From Ylistrum balloti (taxonomy: Eukaryota): 64,000 nt of DNA. The translations under genes were made by a program, and so were the position numbers. Shown here piece after piece: positions 52,461 to 64,000 of this stretch (positions are counted from its first letter, which is position 1; every line of letters begins with the position of its first letter). The stretch lies in contig NW_026782437.1 of NCBI RefSeq assembly GCF_031769215.1, positions 620,001-684,000 of the forward strand. The letters run 5' to 3'. The notes under the pieces were generated by a model. It was not told the DNA's origin and ran no database searches. It was given only the letters and a program-made list of their open reading frames with translations.

Positions 52461-55400
52461 ACCCATACACACATATTTGAGGTGGAGGTATTCATCAATG
52501 CCATATTTACTGCCCTCACTCCCGAGACCGGATTCCTTCCAGCCTCCAAATGGAGATTCTGGGACAGACACTAATCCCTCGTTGACTCCTACAATGCCCG
52601 TTTCCAGCTGCTCAGCCACACGCCAGATCTGACTGAGGTTTTGGGAGAAGAAGTACCCTGGAAAGTGGAAAGAAGTTAGTGTTAGTGGAACATTAGGCTA
52701 TCATTTAGACAACTGTACACTTTATAAGTTCATAAATTTTAATCCACTTTCTAAAGTCAAAATTGAAAATTAGGCATGTCACTTTACAGAATGTTAAGTT
52801 TGTTTAAATTTTCACACCACACTTTGATCTGTGCTGTGTTGGGTAAGGAATCCTGTGAATATTGGCATGGTTAAACTGAACACTGGTAATGAATTTCTCC
52901 TATTTGTTGAATTGTTATGAACATTTACATTCAATAATGAGATTATTTTCATTTTGTTTTAAATATCTTTCACAGATCAGCTTGGTTAAGTTACTTCATA
53001 GCTCTTTTCTCAAAACAAATTAACAAAAGTTGAATGGTTCAAGAAATATTAACATTAGCATTCAGATAAAGGACTGGTTTTTGCTACAACTTGACCTTTT
53101 TTGACAATTTTTTATCAAACAAAAATATTTTTTGTTGGTTTCATCTGACTTCGTTTCAATATGCAAAAAATATCATTGCATCATTTTAGATTGATGATAC
53201 GCCTTTAATTAACCTGCCTGATGATTTAAATTGATGAGGGTTTCTGCATTAATGGGCATTACATAGGGCAGGATATTAAATAGATGGAGTAAAAAAGGCT
53301 AAATCATGAAAAAAGTATGTTGTAATAAAATTATCACAAACCTGCCAAACCTGATGATGTAACATTTGCTATCGCAACTGCTTCCTCCTCCGTTTTAAAT
53401 CTGTAAAAAAAAAATTTTCAATCAAACTTATCTTCATTCCTGGTCTACTACCTATCTCTTTTTTTATTATGTTGCTATATTTTCCATATTTTGGTCATTT
53501 AAGCATCAGTGATGAGTTTTAGAAGGACAAAAACAGCTGTATGATGCTGTTTTAATTCATCATTTGACTCTACTTTATCTAAGGCTACATTTGTATTGTG
53601 TTCTTTACTTGTGTCTTTTGTACAATCTTACATTTCCATTCAATCTTTATTATATGATCAAGAGAAATATTGTAGAATTGTAAAATTCAATGGGGATTTT
53701 TATTAATTTAATTTGTGGATCCTTATATCCAAGAATTTACCACAAGCTAATAAATTAGTACAGGTAGATTTATTGAGCTATATTTGTCCATGAAATCAAG
53801 TGTCCAAAATTTTTTTTTCTAAAAAATCACAAAACTATATGATTTTACACTATAACACAATCTACAATTTGAATACCAAGACATATCTGTGGAAGATACC
53901 TGGTATCACAAAAAGCTTTTGAAGTTCAAAAGCTAATTTACAAGGTATAACAGAGTTGTGTAATGATTTATGGCATGTGCGAGATTTAGGTATATGTTAA
54001 GATTCTGTTATATGTGTACTTACTTCAAAATAGGAGCAACAGGTCCAAATGTCTCCTCAGATGAGCACCTCATTTCCTGTGTTACATGTGATAGAAGGGT
54101 GGGAAGGAAGAAGTTTCCGTCCAGCCTCTTACCTCCCCTGACAACAGTAGCCCCTTTAATCACAGCATCATCCACATGGCCCTGGACCTGAGACCATATA
54201 GAAAGCAAAGAATAGCAATATATCATAAGGAACTATTATACCATGAAGGTTAATCAGTTACTCAAAACATTAAATATGATGACTTTTTTGTGAGAACATA
54301 TTAAAAGGTACAGTACTTTTGAATTACTACTATTTACCAAAAATATCTGTAAACAACAGACAGAGTGGTATTGTAGTTTCCAACCTTTCAATAATAAGTT
54401 GTAAAACAAATGCTCAAAAATGACCACAGGGACAGCACAAATTCCCAGCACATAGTCCAGATATATGTATCATAATCACTTTTATACATATAAATGGATT
54501 ATGGGATGAGAAATTGTGCAAAGGAACAAGACATAAGTAAGGACCAAATAGAGTTGATCACCCTTGCAATAGACTACATACCCTTTGGAAAAGTCTAAAT
54601 AAAACTACTACCCAACTCACTAATTGTGGTTTACTTCCAGTAATATTCAAAGCAATACCTTGTCTACTGCTTTACTGTTGATCAATGGGCCTTGTGTGGT
54701 ACCATCCTCAAACCCGTCTCCCACTTTGAGTTCCCGGTCCATGGTTTCCGCTACTTTCTGTACAAACTTATCATAGATCCCCTCCTGAACCAGAATCCGA
54801 TTGGCACACACGCAGGTCTGCACCAAGTACATCATAAATGTCTTAATTAATACACAGTAGAATCATTATTTTTTTTATCAGTTGTAACATTTTTACAAAG
54901 AACAGTATATTTAGTTCAATTACAATTGTCGAGTATTGTCCAAATGAAAGCCATTGCAGCACACAGTGTAAATAACTGACCAATCTATTACCTCAGAAAG
55001 ATGAACTAGCATAATATTTATGAACACCATTTCAATACATAATACAACATAACCCAACATATCTGAATATTATTTGATCCTCCTTCATAAATTTCATAAC
55101 ATAAATCTAACTTCCATACCTGTAATTTGACTTGAAACTTACCTGACCAGAAACCCTAAACTTACAGCCCATCAGTCCCTTGACAGCTGCATCAACATCA
55201 GCACTGTCAAACACAATAAAGGGGGCGTTTCCTCCCAGCTCAAGGGAAACTTTCTTCACAGTGGACGCTGATTGCTCCAACAAAATCTGAATAAAAATCT
55301 CAGTAATTTACGAGAAAGTTTGTACCCATGCAAAATCAAATTGTAATTTGTGAAATATGATTTAAAGAAGTTCTCAAAAATAACGTTCATTATTTGCTGA

Positions 55401-58400
55401 ATTTGACAAAATATTTTCAAATGACTATCTAATTAATGATATAGACTTACCTTGCCAACTTGGGTGGAACCTGTGAATGAGATCTTCATAACCAGCGGAT
55501 GTTTACACAGCATTTTTCCCACCTCAGCAGCATGGTCTCGGGATGAAGTTACTACATTCAGAACACCTGGGGGCATTCCAGCCATAGACGCTAACTAGAG
55601 AAACGTAGAAATAAAATCTTTTCTGCACCACACATCACACAGGTGTGCAATGATCACAAAGTTTTGACACATTTACAATACTCTGAAATTTTCATGGTCT
55701 TACCTATTGCCCAGAAGACATGAAATGGATTATTGTTTCCTAATGGTAAATCTAGTTTCAAAGTGTCTTTATTTACAGTTATATCCAATCCTAAAAATGA
55801 GTGAACAAGAGGTCCATAGGGCAGGTATAACTCACCTGGTTTAGTTTGCTGAAAATGATTAAAATTAAACTTCAAAAGATGTATTTAAATTACCTGGTAC
55901 ATCTATTTCCCCTTTCAGACACCACCCCTCTGCCTCCAGGGGGTTAAATGCAAATTTGGATCAAATTTGGATATCATTGAATCATTTCAACAGAGGGAGG
56001 AATTTAAAGAATTTGCTTTGTCTCCACTATTGGGCCCCGCCCCTACTGCAGCCCCAGGGGGTTAAAACCCACTGTTTATACCTTCGTGCAATCATGCCTC
56101 AGACAAAATCAAGAAGAACAATATCAAGATTTTGCCCTATTTTCCTAATTTGGTGCAGCTCTTCCCATCCAATGGAGCAGAAACAAACTGTTCATGCAAA
56201 ATTGATTTCCCTTCCCCCAATAATGCTTCAGATCAAACCTGGGCAAAATCAGGACATTTCTGCAGGAGGAATAGGATTTCAAAGACTTTGCTCTAATTCC
56301 CCTATTGGCCCTTCTGGCCTGGTGAGCTACAAAGTTCAAGTGTCTCTTTTCACAATATTATCCCATCTTTGAAATAGCGAAATCAAAATCCCCAAAAATA
56401 ACATCCTTGACGTACCTCACACAGGGCAAGGGCTGAGTAAGGGGTGTCCTCAGCAGGCTTCAGTACTACAGTACAGCCTGCTGCAATGGCTGCACAGGCC
56501 TTTCGAGTTATCATAGCATTGGGGAAATTCCACTAAAAGACAAAAACAAATTTTACAAGCAATTTCTCTATAAAATCAGCATCAAACTGTTTACTGGAAA
56601 GTTAAATATTGATATGAACTTATTTAATATTTTTATCAACAACTGATTCGATGAGATACTACTGTAATGATATAATAAATCTTGTTTTATAAAGTTATTG
56701 GAAAATCATATTCATAGCAACAAATGCATTTTACCGGAGTGATCATGCCAGCAACACCCAATGGTTGTTTGAGGACAAGCATGCGACGTGTATTGGTTGT
56801 AGTTGGGATAATGTCTCCATACACTCTCCGGGCTTCCTCAGCAAACCATTCTATGAATGCTGTGCCATAAGCCACTTCTCCCGCTGCCTCTGCAAGAGGC
56901 TTGCCCTAGATTATACAAAAAACAAGGTCAAGGTCAGGGACTTCAATAAATTACACAAGTACAATGTAAAAATACCAAGGGATTCCCCAAGATAGCATAA
57001 AATGAAAAAAGAAACAATCCCAAAATTTCAAAAAAAATTTACAGAAATATCTCATGAAGACATAAAGCTCAATGTAAGAGTCAGAGGCTTACCCTAGATT
57101 CTAAAGTGTCAAGGTCATGGTCCGGTCTAGATTACTTAAATACAATGCCAAGGTCACTAACCTCCTATAGCTTATCTGTGTCACCATTTCAGCTGTGTCA
57201 GAACACTACAACTGCAAATTTTATCATTTTGACCTATTCTGATTATCTATACTAACATTATTTTCTTACCATTTCAGCTGTGAGAAGCTTTGCTAGTTCA
57301 TCTTTATGTTGTGTACAAAGCTCTGCCCATTTTCTGAGAACACCACTTCTTTCCTAGAAACAGAATAATACATGTGTTGAGCGTTCACCTATGTAACCTC
57401 AGGTGACCTTCCAAAGTGTATGGTTCAATGGTTCCATCTTCCCATGGCAGTTTGTATATCTCAGAATGCTAAGAAACAGATCGGTGTATACCGGTGAGGT
57501 AGTGTTTTTGAGCAAGAGATTGTATCTCATTCACTCTTTGACTAGCCTTTCGTAAGTTGTTCAGTAACATAACCTCCAACCACACCAAGGAGGCCCTGCC
57601 TTAAAATGACACTGGCTATTGGTGAGGTAATAAAACCAGCAAACAAATTCTCACTACATTGAACTCTTTTAACAATATATATATATATATATCATTTCTT
57701 ATTGAATAATCATCTCCACTTGCCAGAAAATCTTCTTACTAAAATGATACAATATATGACTATTTACATACATATCACAATATCATGATACTAACCCTGG
57801 CTGTGGTTTCCTTCCACGTCTGAAACGCTTTGTAAGCCACCTTTATTGCTTCCTCTGTGTCCTGGGCATCCATGTCAGGGACACTTCCTATCACTCCACC
57901 TGTTGACGGATTGATCACTACAAACAAAGATATTAAAAAAAATTATTTAAAACATGATTTAAATCTTTGTTATGTATATCTTGATAATGATAGGAAGATC
58001 AATCGATTTTGCAAATAAATGAAAAACAAAGATGTCTGACTGGTTTCTCAGCATTCTTGGTACATTGAGGTTACAATCAATTCCATTCTCTGTACTCCTT
58101 GAGCATTTCCTGGCAAAACTAAAGTGCAGGAGAATTAATTTCATAGGTCTATCACAAGTTTTAGGAGAAAAAAATTGACCAATCACAGACTAATATGCTC
58201 CTTTGAAGATTTCAAAAGACCAACACACAACTTCAAAGTCAGCACACCATATCATTATGCAACCTTGATTAAAGAATTAAACTAGTCTTCTTGTCTTATC
58301 CATAAGGTGTCACTCCTCAAAAAATTGAAAATGTATTCTTATTTCTCAAATCTTAATGGCCATTTTCTTCAATAAAGGTTGGTTAAATGGAGAATGTTGT

Positions 58401-59055
58401 AATTATGAGCTTTTTGGAATATTTCAAGTTTGTTTGTCAAAGACTACTTACAATGCAATCTACCACAAACTTACTTGCATGATACTGCATGAACGAAATA
58501 TGCTATGTACCCAAGACAGTACCTATTTAGAACATTTCAAATATTTATAACAAATTTTTTTTCAACAATTTTGATAAACTCAGTCTATCTATATCAAGAA
58601 AAAGCATATAAAATTTTCATAACTATAGGTAAAATTTATCCTGCTTAGGAACAAGATTCATAATCTTTGCTCTGGGATGCAATGAAAGTTCAGGGTAAAT
58701 TTCTCTTAATACAGCAGTTAACAATCTTATTAAATGTTGTCATTCATGCGAGTCATGTCGATTATCCCACTTGGTATATATCACTTTACATTTTTGATGT
58801 GTATTAATTTATATTGTTGCACTGACTAATGTGTCATGTTGAATTATAAACGGGCTGCATACCTTGAAAAGTTTTCCCACTGGCAGCAGGAACCCATTTC
58901 CCATCAATGAATGCATTTTCATGCTTGAATGAACTGGCATTCCTGGTAACCCCAGCTGTTGCAGCTGGTACTCTGTCCATCCTTAGTTGGTGGAGTGTAA
59001 AGACTGTGATTCTCTTGTGATGTTGACCGATTACAGAATGAAATTTCCTAAACAT
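52452..59055 (-). CDS. ALDH5A1: Succinate-semialdehyde dehydrogenase (mitochondrial-type) copy 2, intact, ~520 aa
   Basis: Exons (-): 59055-58863, 57917-57796, 57353-57270, 56905-56735, 56532-56416, 55594-55451, 55286-55143, 54817-54659, 54187-54024, 53400-53342, 52657-52452 (1563 nt), all GT-AG. Basic leader [25 protein letters not shown]; catalytic Glu (LELGG) and Cys (GQTCVC). An acceptor lies 6 nt before the ATG, so an upstream exon exists that I could not place. Confidence 0.92.
53502..53548 (+). pseudogene. Degenerate hammerhead ribozyme, paralogue of 35100-35145
   Basis: Same stems, but the core reads GTGATGA and GAAA is replaced by AAAAA. Confidence 0.7.
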
Positions 59056-60798
59056 AAAAGACTGAAAAAGAGAAGAGAAAACATTTACATCAAATACAGT
59101 AAATAAACTATCAAATAAATTAAATGAAGACAAAACAAATACGATTGAAGAACCTTATACTATTTCTACCAAGTTTGACAGATATAAGAAACATGTCCAT
59201 TAATGATAGTTTAACCTCATGTGATATAAAGATCAAGTATAATTTTTCATGATTTGTCAGCAGTACCTGAATATTTCCTTGTGTTTTAGCAAAAACAAAA
59301 TTGATATTTAGCATAAAAAAGATGTCAATTGCCAATGATATTTATTCTGATGTGAATTCTTGGTAAGCGAGATATTTCGTGTTAAAGTTGCAAGAAATGA
59401 GATATTACTTCCATGTAGAATGCATTCACTTTCTATGAAAATTAACACACAGTCAGGTGAATAATTATGTGATCGATTAACTACATCAAAAAATCTATCC
59501 AACTTCAACAGATTATTGATTATTGATTTTAACCAATACCCCATCTCCAACATCCATATTCTTCCTTCAGTTTTGTATGTTGGTAAACATTGCCCGAAAT
59601 GTAAGAGTATGCCTCATTCTGTTGTACATTCAAATTTGTTATATATTTGAATCTATCAAACTTTCAATCGATACCGATTTATTGCCAAATCCCAAGCAGT
59701 TCTAAGTACATGTAATAGCAATTCTTTTCCCTATCATTCGTTTTTTAAATATTGAGCTTTTGAATTGTATACATGTCAATCTACTTGTAATATTTACGAC
59801 GGAATGTACGTGAAAGTACATTGTACATGTATCCTTGTGAGACAAACTGACCATGCTTTATGCTCAACACTTTAATAGCCGATCCATTACAGATAACGTT
59901 AGCCTACAGGCTACATACTGAAGAAATCTGTAATCTAAAATGTCTTGATCAATAGCCTTTTGATAAATTATGCTTATTTCGCTAAGACTATACATGATAA
60001 TTCCGCAGTTCGCCTCATTTACTAACTCAATATCATAGAAGACTATTTTCTACTTTCATTTTCATTACGTACAGATCACTGACTATCTTCTAAAAGGTCG
60101 ATACAAACCATGTTGTGAAAACTGGTGTCTACGAGACCTCGATGTCACACTTCTGAAATTTCCCTTGCGATAGTCACGCTTGACATGTCATCTCATTACA
60201 TATTGACAAAATCTAATATTAAAGCCGCTTGTCGGCATACATGTGACAGGATATTAAAAAACTTAAATGTTAGAGTAGTTTCCCTTGAAACCGGAAATGA
60301 GCCCATTCTACTGGGTTTGATCTATCCATTGATTCCACGCTCAGAAGGGACACAACACATTTTTTAAAATTTCGTTTTGTTTGTTTTTATTATTATTTAT
60401 TTTTTTCTCAGCCTAAATATCTAAAATTTGAACTTCCTACTATCACTTGTTCCGTGCAAGTGTGTGGTTATTCAAAACCAGAAAAAGTACATAATATTAC
60501 AAACGTATATATGTCTATATAAGCTTCAACTGCCCTTGCGATCAAATTTAGATTGAAGTGTGATTGGAACTTCACTATCCACAATACACTTACCGCAACA
60601 CAATGAGAACTGTCGACCCCTTATTGGATTACAAAAATGATTTTGATCGAAAAATATCTTTTTAGTCTTTCATGTGGAAATAAAATCATATTTAAAATCT
60701 TGAAGAGTACAGATACATTTTACAAACATAAACGTTTGTAAAACAAGACTAGTACATAGTGTTAAAATACAGTATATGTAACTCTGATAACGGAGCAT

Positions 60799-60871
60799 GC
60801 TTCTTTGGTTCAGGTGTTAGAACCGGTCGATTATCACGCAGGAGACCCAGGGTCGATTCTTGATCGAGGCA
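60799..60871 (+). pseudogene. Degenerate tRNA-Asp-like pseudogene or tRNA-derived SINE head
   Basis: 73 nt; D-stem GTTC/GAAC, loop TTATCAC (cf. CTGTCAC), TCACGCAGGAGACC, T-loop GTCGATT; acceptor and anticodon stems mismatched. Confidence 0.5.
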
Positions 60872-61641
60872 TTCGACAGGAACGTGTGTTTTCCATGTGC
60901 TTTCACATGTTAATGGTTTGAAACATACGTAACCAAAAGCTTTTTTATCATTCAAGATAAGAGCTCGCTTGTTTGTACTTGATTTCTAGTGTAAGATTCG
61001 AAACTCTCGTCCGTGACATTGTTTATGGGAAAGTAATGGAACAATCACATCAGGGTCCAATCCAATAATGAAATCTAGCGAATTAAATTTCATTGCGATA
61101 TGATGGGTGTGAAAAACGACAAAGAAGCTCTAGAAGGTGTATTTATTTAAGAACAAATAACATCAGTGGAACTATGGAACGGTTGATATAAACTTTATTT
61201 CATTCATAATTACATACATATACATATAACATAGCATTATGAACCACATTTGAATTGAATTCAGAAACAAGTTTTGCAATATATAAATCTGTCTACGTTT
61301 GGAATGGTTGAGAAAACAAACTACAAGGACATAAAAATATCATATGACTTCATCCATGGGTCTTTTGAAATAGTATTCATGTTAACAAGGACGGAAACGA
61401 AAAAAATGTACTTATCAAGATAATGACTGGTGCACATATGACACAAATACACGGCCCAGCCAACATGCGAAGATAAAATGCAAGATCTACTACATGTAGT
61501 ATTATATACTACAACACCAAATCTGAATGAGGGCTTCTACAGTATACTAGGGATATCAGATTACGAATTACATGATAGTTACCAACATTAAAACAAAATG
61601 GCATAATCGCAGAGCATAACAGCTAAACTAATGAAACAAAA

Positions 61642-61822
61642 TGACGCAAGTGTTTAGACTTACGGAGAACATTTTAAAAAGACGCAAGTGTTTAGACTTA
61701 CGGAGAACATTCAGAAAGACGCAAGTGTTTAGACTTACGGAGAACATTCAGAAAGACGCAAGTGTTCAGACTTACGGAGAACATTCAGAAAGACGCAAAT
61801 GTGTAGACCTACGGAGAAAATT
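61642..61822. repeat. 37-bp minisatellite, ~5 copies
   Basis: gacgcaagtgtttagacttacggagaacattcagaaa at 61643, 61681, 61718, 61755, 61792. Confidence 0.9.
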
Positions 61823-63049
61823 CAAAATAGAATTTTGTAATATAACAGAGAACAAACATAGATTAGTATTTCGGATGGGGACCTGAGTGGAAAAAAATGG
61901 CTTAGCCAGCAGGTTATTGTATGAAGTTTGGAAGCCACCAGAGGCAGTAATGAAAATCTTAGAAAAGAGGAGGAGTCTATTGCAGATCAGCAGCAGCATC
62001 CCAAAAGGTCTCAATCAAGTCTCCGAAATACAGGACTCAATAGTACAGAAACCATCATCGACAGCAGTAGGCAAGACAACAAGTTTATACTGACAGCTAT
62101 TCCGCATCCGATCGAACGACAAACGATGTCTCACACCGACTTCAGATGTCGAACAGAACCCAAAACCAAATTCTCAGAGGACGTGTTAAAAAGGGACCCG
62201 AAAATCGTACCAAATATTACTGTCTGTGGAATTACTCCAACCGTTTCTGGTGTAATTTAAAAGGAATATAACATACTATCATGTCATAAATTACAGCCTG
62301 TATGCGAAAGCATCTTACTATTAGAGGAACGTTCGGTTCAGTTAGATTTCAAACTAGGAACATAGTTCATCTGCAATACTTTAATAGGAAAAATATCTAA
62401 ATACAAACATAAGCAGCTGACTAAATGTCAGGATACTATTAAAGTCGTCGGTAGGACGTTTTGTCTTAGAAAAAGTCAAACATTTAAACTCAGTCAATCT
62501 AGCAAAAATGAAGAAATCAACTATGTAAGTGTCTATGTTTAACGGTTTTGTCAGATCAGACCTGCTCAAATTATGAAACATGCTAAAATCACGTAATCTT
62601 TCTTATCATTTGGTTAATGTTTGAAAATTTAAAAATACGGATCTAATAAAGTCGAAAGAATGTTCAAATACAACATAGAACCTCACTTAAATACATACAA
62701 ATGTGATAACGATATAATTGATCAGATGACTATTTTTCTTTATGAACTTTTCATGCGTAAATGAGTGGATTTAGGTTTGTCTTGGTGCGGGGACAGATTC
62801 CACAATCTCAACACAGTGATAAAAAAAGATATTTTATTCAGTAGGGAAAGGAAAAGCTTTATTCATTTATCTATTTATTTAAAACCTACAGTATGTCATC
62901 TATTTTCATCATATAGTGATAACACACGTCTTACACCCTACTTACAAGGCGTGGAAATATACTGCATTGGATTGGGACCAGCAGGACTATAGTATAGTGA
63001 GCACAGGGAGGGTAAATGCCTAGCAAAGATATGATCTCCAAAGGGACGA

Positions 63050-63680
63050 ACATCTTAAGACAAAAACCAGATTTTCCCTCCTCCCGTATCCTGTAAGACA
63101 AGTACCAGATTTGCCCTCCTTCCGTTTCCTGTAAGACAAATACCAGATTTTCTCTCCTTCCGTATACTGTAAGACAAGTACCAGACTTTCTCTCCTTTCG
63201 TATCCTGTAAGACAAATGCCAGAGTTTCCTTCTTTCCGTTTCCTGTAAGACAAATACCAGATTTCCCCTCCTTCCGTATCCTGTAATCAAGAACCATATT
63301 TCCCCTCCTTCCGTATCTTGTAAGACAAGTACCATATTTCCCCTCCTTCCGTCTACTGCAAGACAAATGCCAGACTTTCTCTCATCGTATCCTGTAAGAC
63401 AAATACCAGACTTTCTCTCCTTCCGTTTCCTGTAAGACAAGTACCAGATTTCCCCTCCTTCCGTATCCTGTAATCAAGTACCATATTTCCCCTCCTTCCG
63501 TCTACTGCAAGACAAATGGCAGACTTTCTCTCATCGTATCCTGTAAGACAAGTACCATATTTCCCCTCCTTCCGTCTACTGCAAGACAAATACCAGACTT
63601 TCTCTCATCGTATCCTGTAAGACAAGTACCAGATTTTCCCTCCTTCCGTATCCTGCAAGGTAAGTTTCAGATATCTTTCC
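63050..63680. repeat. ~38-bp minisatellite with variant units, ~16 copies
   Basis: cctgtaagacaagtaccagatttcccctccttccgtat recurs (63090, 63128 and onward); periodic ORFs on the minus strand. Confidence 0.9.
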
Positions 63681-64000
63681 CTCTATATCTGGCAAGACGA
63701 GTACCATCCATATTTCTTCCCGCCCGTATCATGTAATGTAAGCACTAGGTTCCTCTTCCGCCGTACCTGGCAATGTAAGTTCTCGATTTCCCCCTCCTTC
63801 TGTACCATTCCTTTTACGGTAGCTATCCGTCATACACACCAGACATGAGACTGATGCGTAACGCAGTATGTCCAAAACTAGTGGGGTCGGGTGGGCGCCA
63901 TGATGAAGAAGCTTGATGAGAAACATCCGGTTTCCGGAAGGACTAGCAAAATGGTATTGTCACATAAATAGCTTGTCTTGTCATGTCATACGACCATGTT

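Noticed and set aside
62931-63589. Several 77-169 aa minus-strand ORFs
   Set aside because: Periodic translations of the 38-bp minisatellite.

Overview
AT-rich eukaryotic animal DNA with spliceosomal introns, most likely a bivalve mollusc (inferred from the repeat families); it is not prokaryotic. Left to right: a decayed L1/Tx1-type LINE; a tRNA-Ile(AAT) gene split in the anticodon loop by an oligo(T)-oligo(A) insert with a 13-bp target duplication; a CR1/L2-group LINE remnant; a CpG-rich promoter and a spliced + strand gene (~842 aa) with an NRF-1/erect-wing-like DNA-binding domain, one C2H2-like finger and SUMO-interaction-like motifs; several minisatellites; a minus-strand Tx1-type LINE with open ORF1 but deleted RT; and a Penelope-like element with a 14-bp TSD and a hammerhead ribozyme. 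The right half is a minus-strand tandem duplication of succinate-semialdehyde dehydrogenase (ALDH5A1). The right copy is intact. The left copy has ATG->TTG, a 27-bp leader deletion and a dead splice acceptor. Between them lie five ~2.28-kb spacer copies joined by four identical junctions at which a whole SSADH gene was deleted. A second, independent hammerhead lies antisense in an SSADH intron. All calls are from manual reading; no searches were run.
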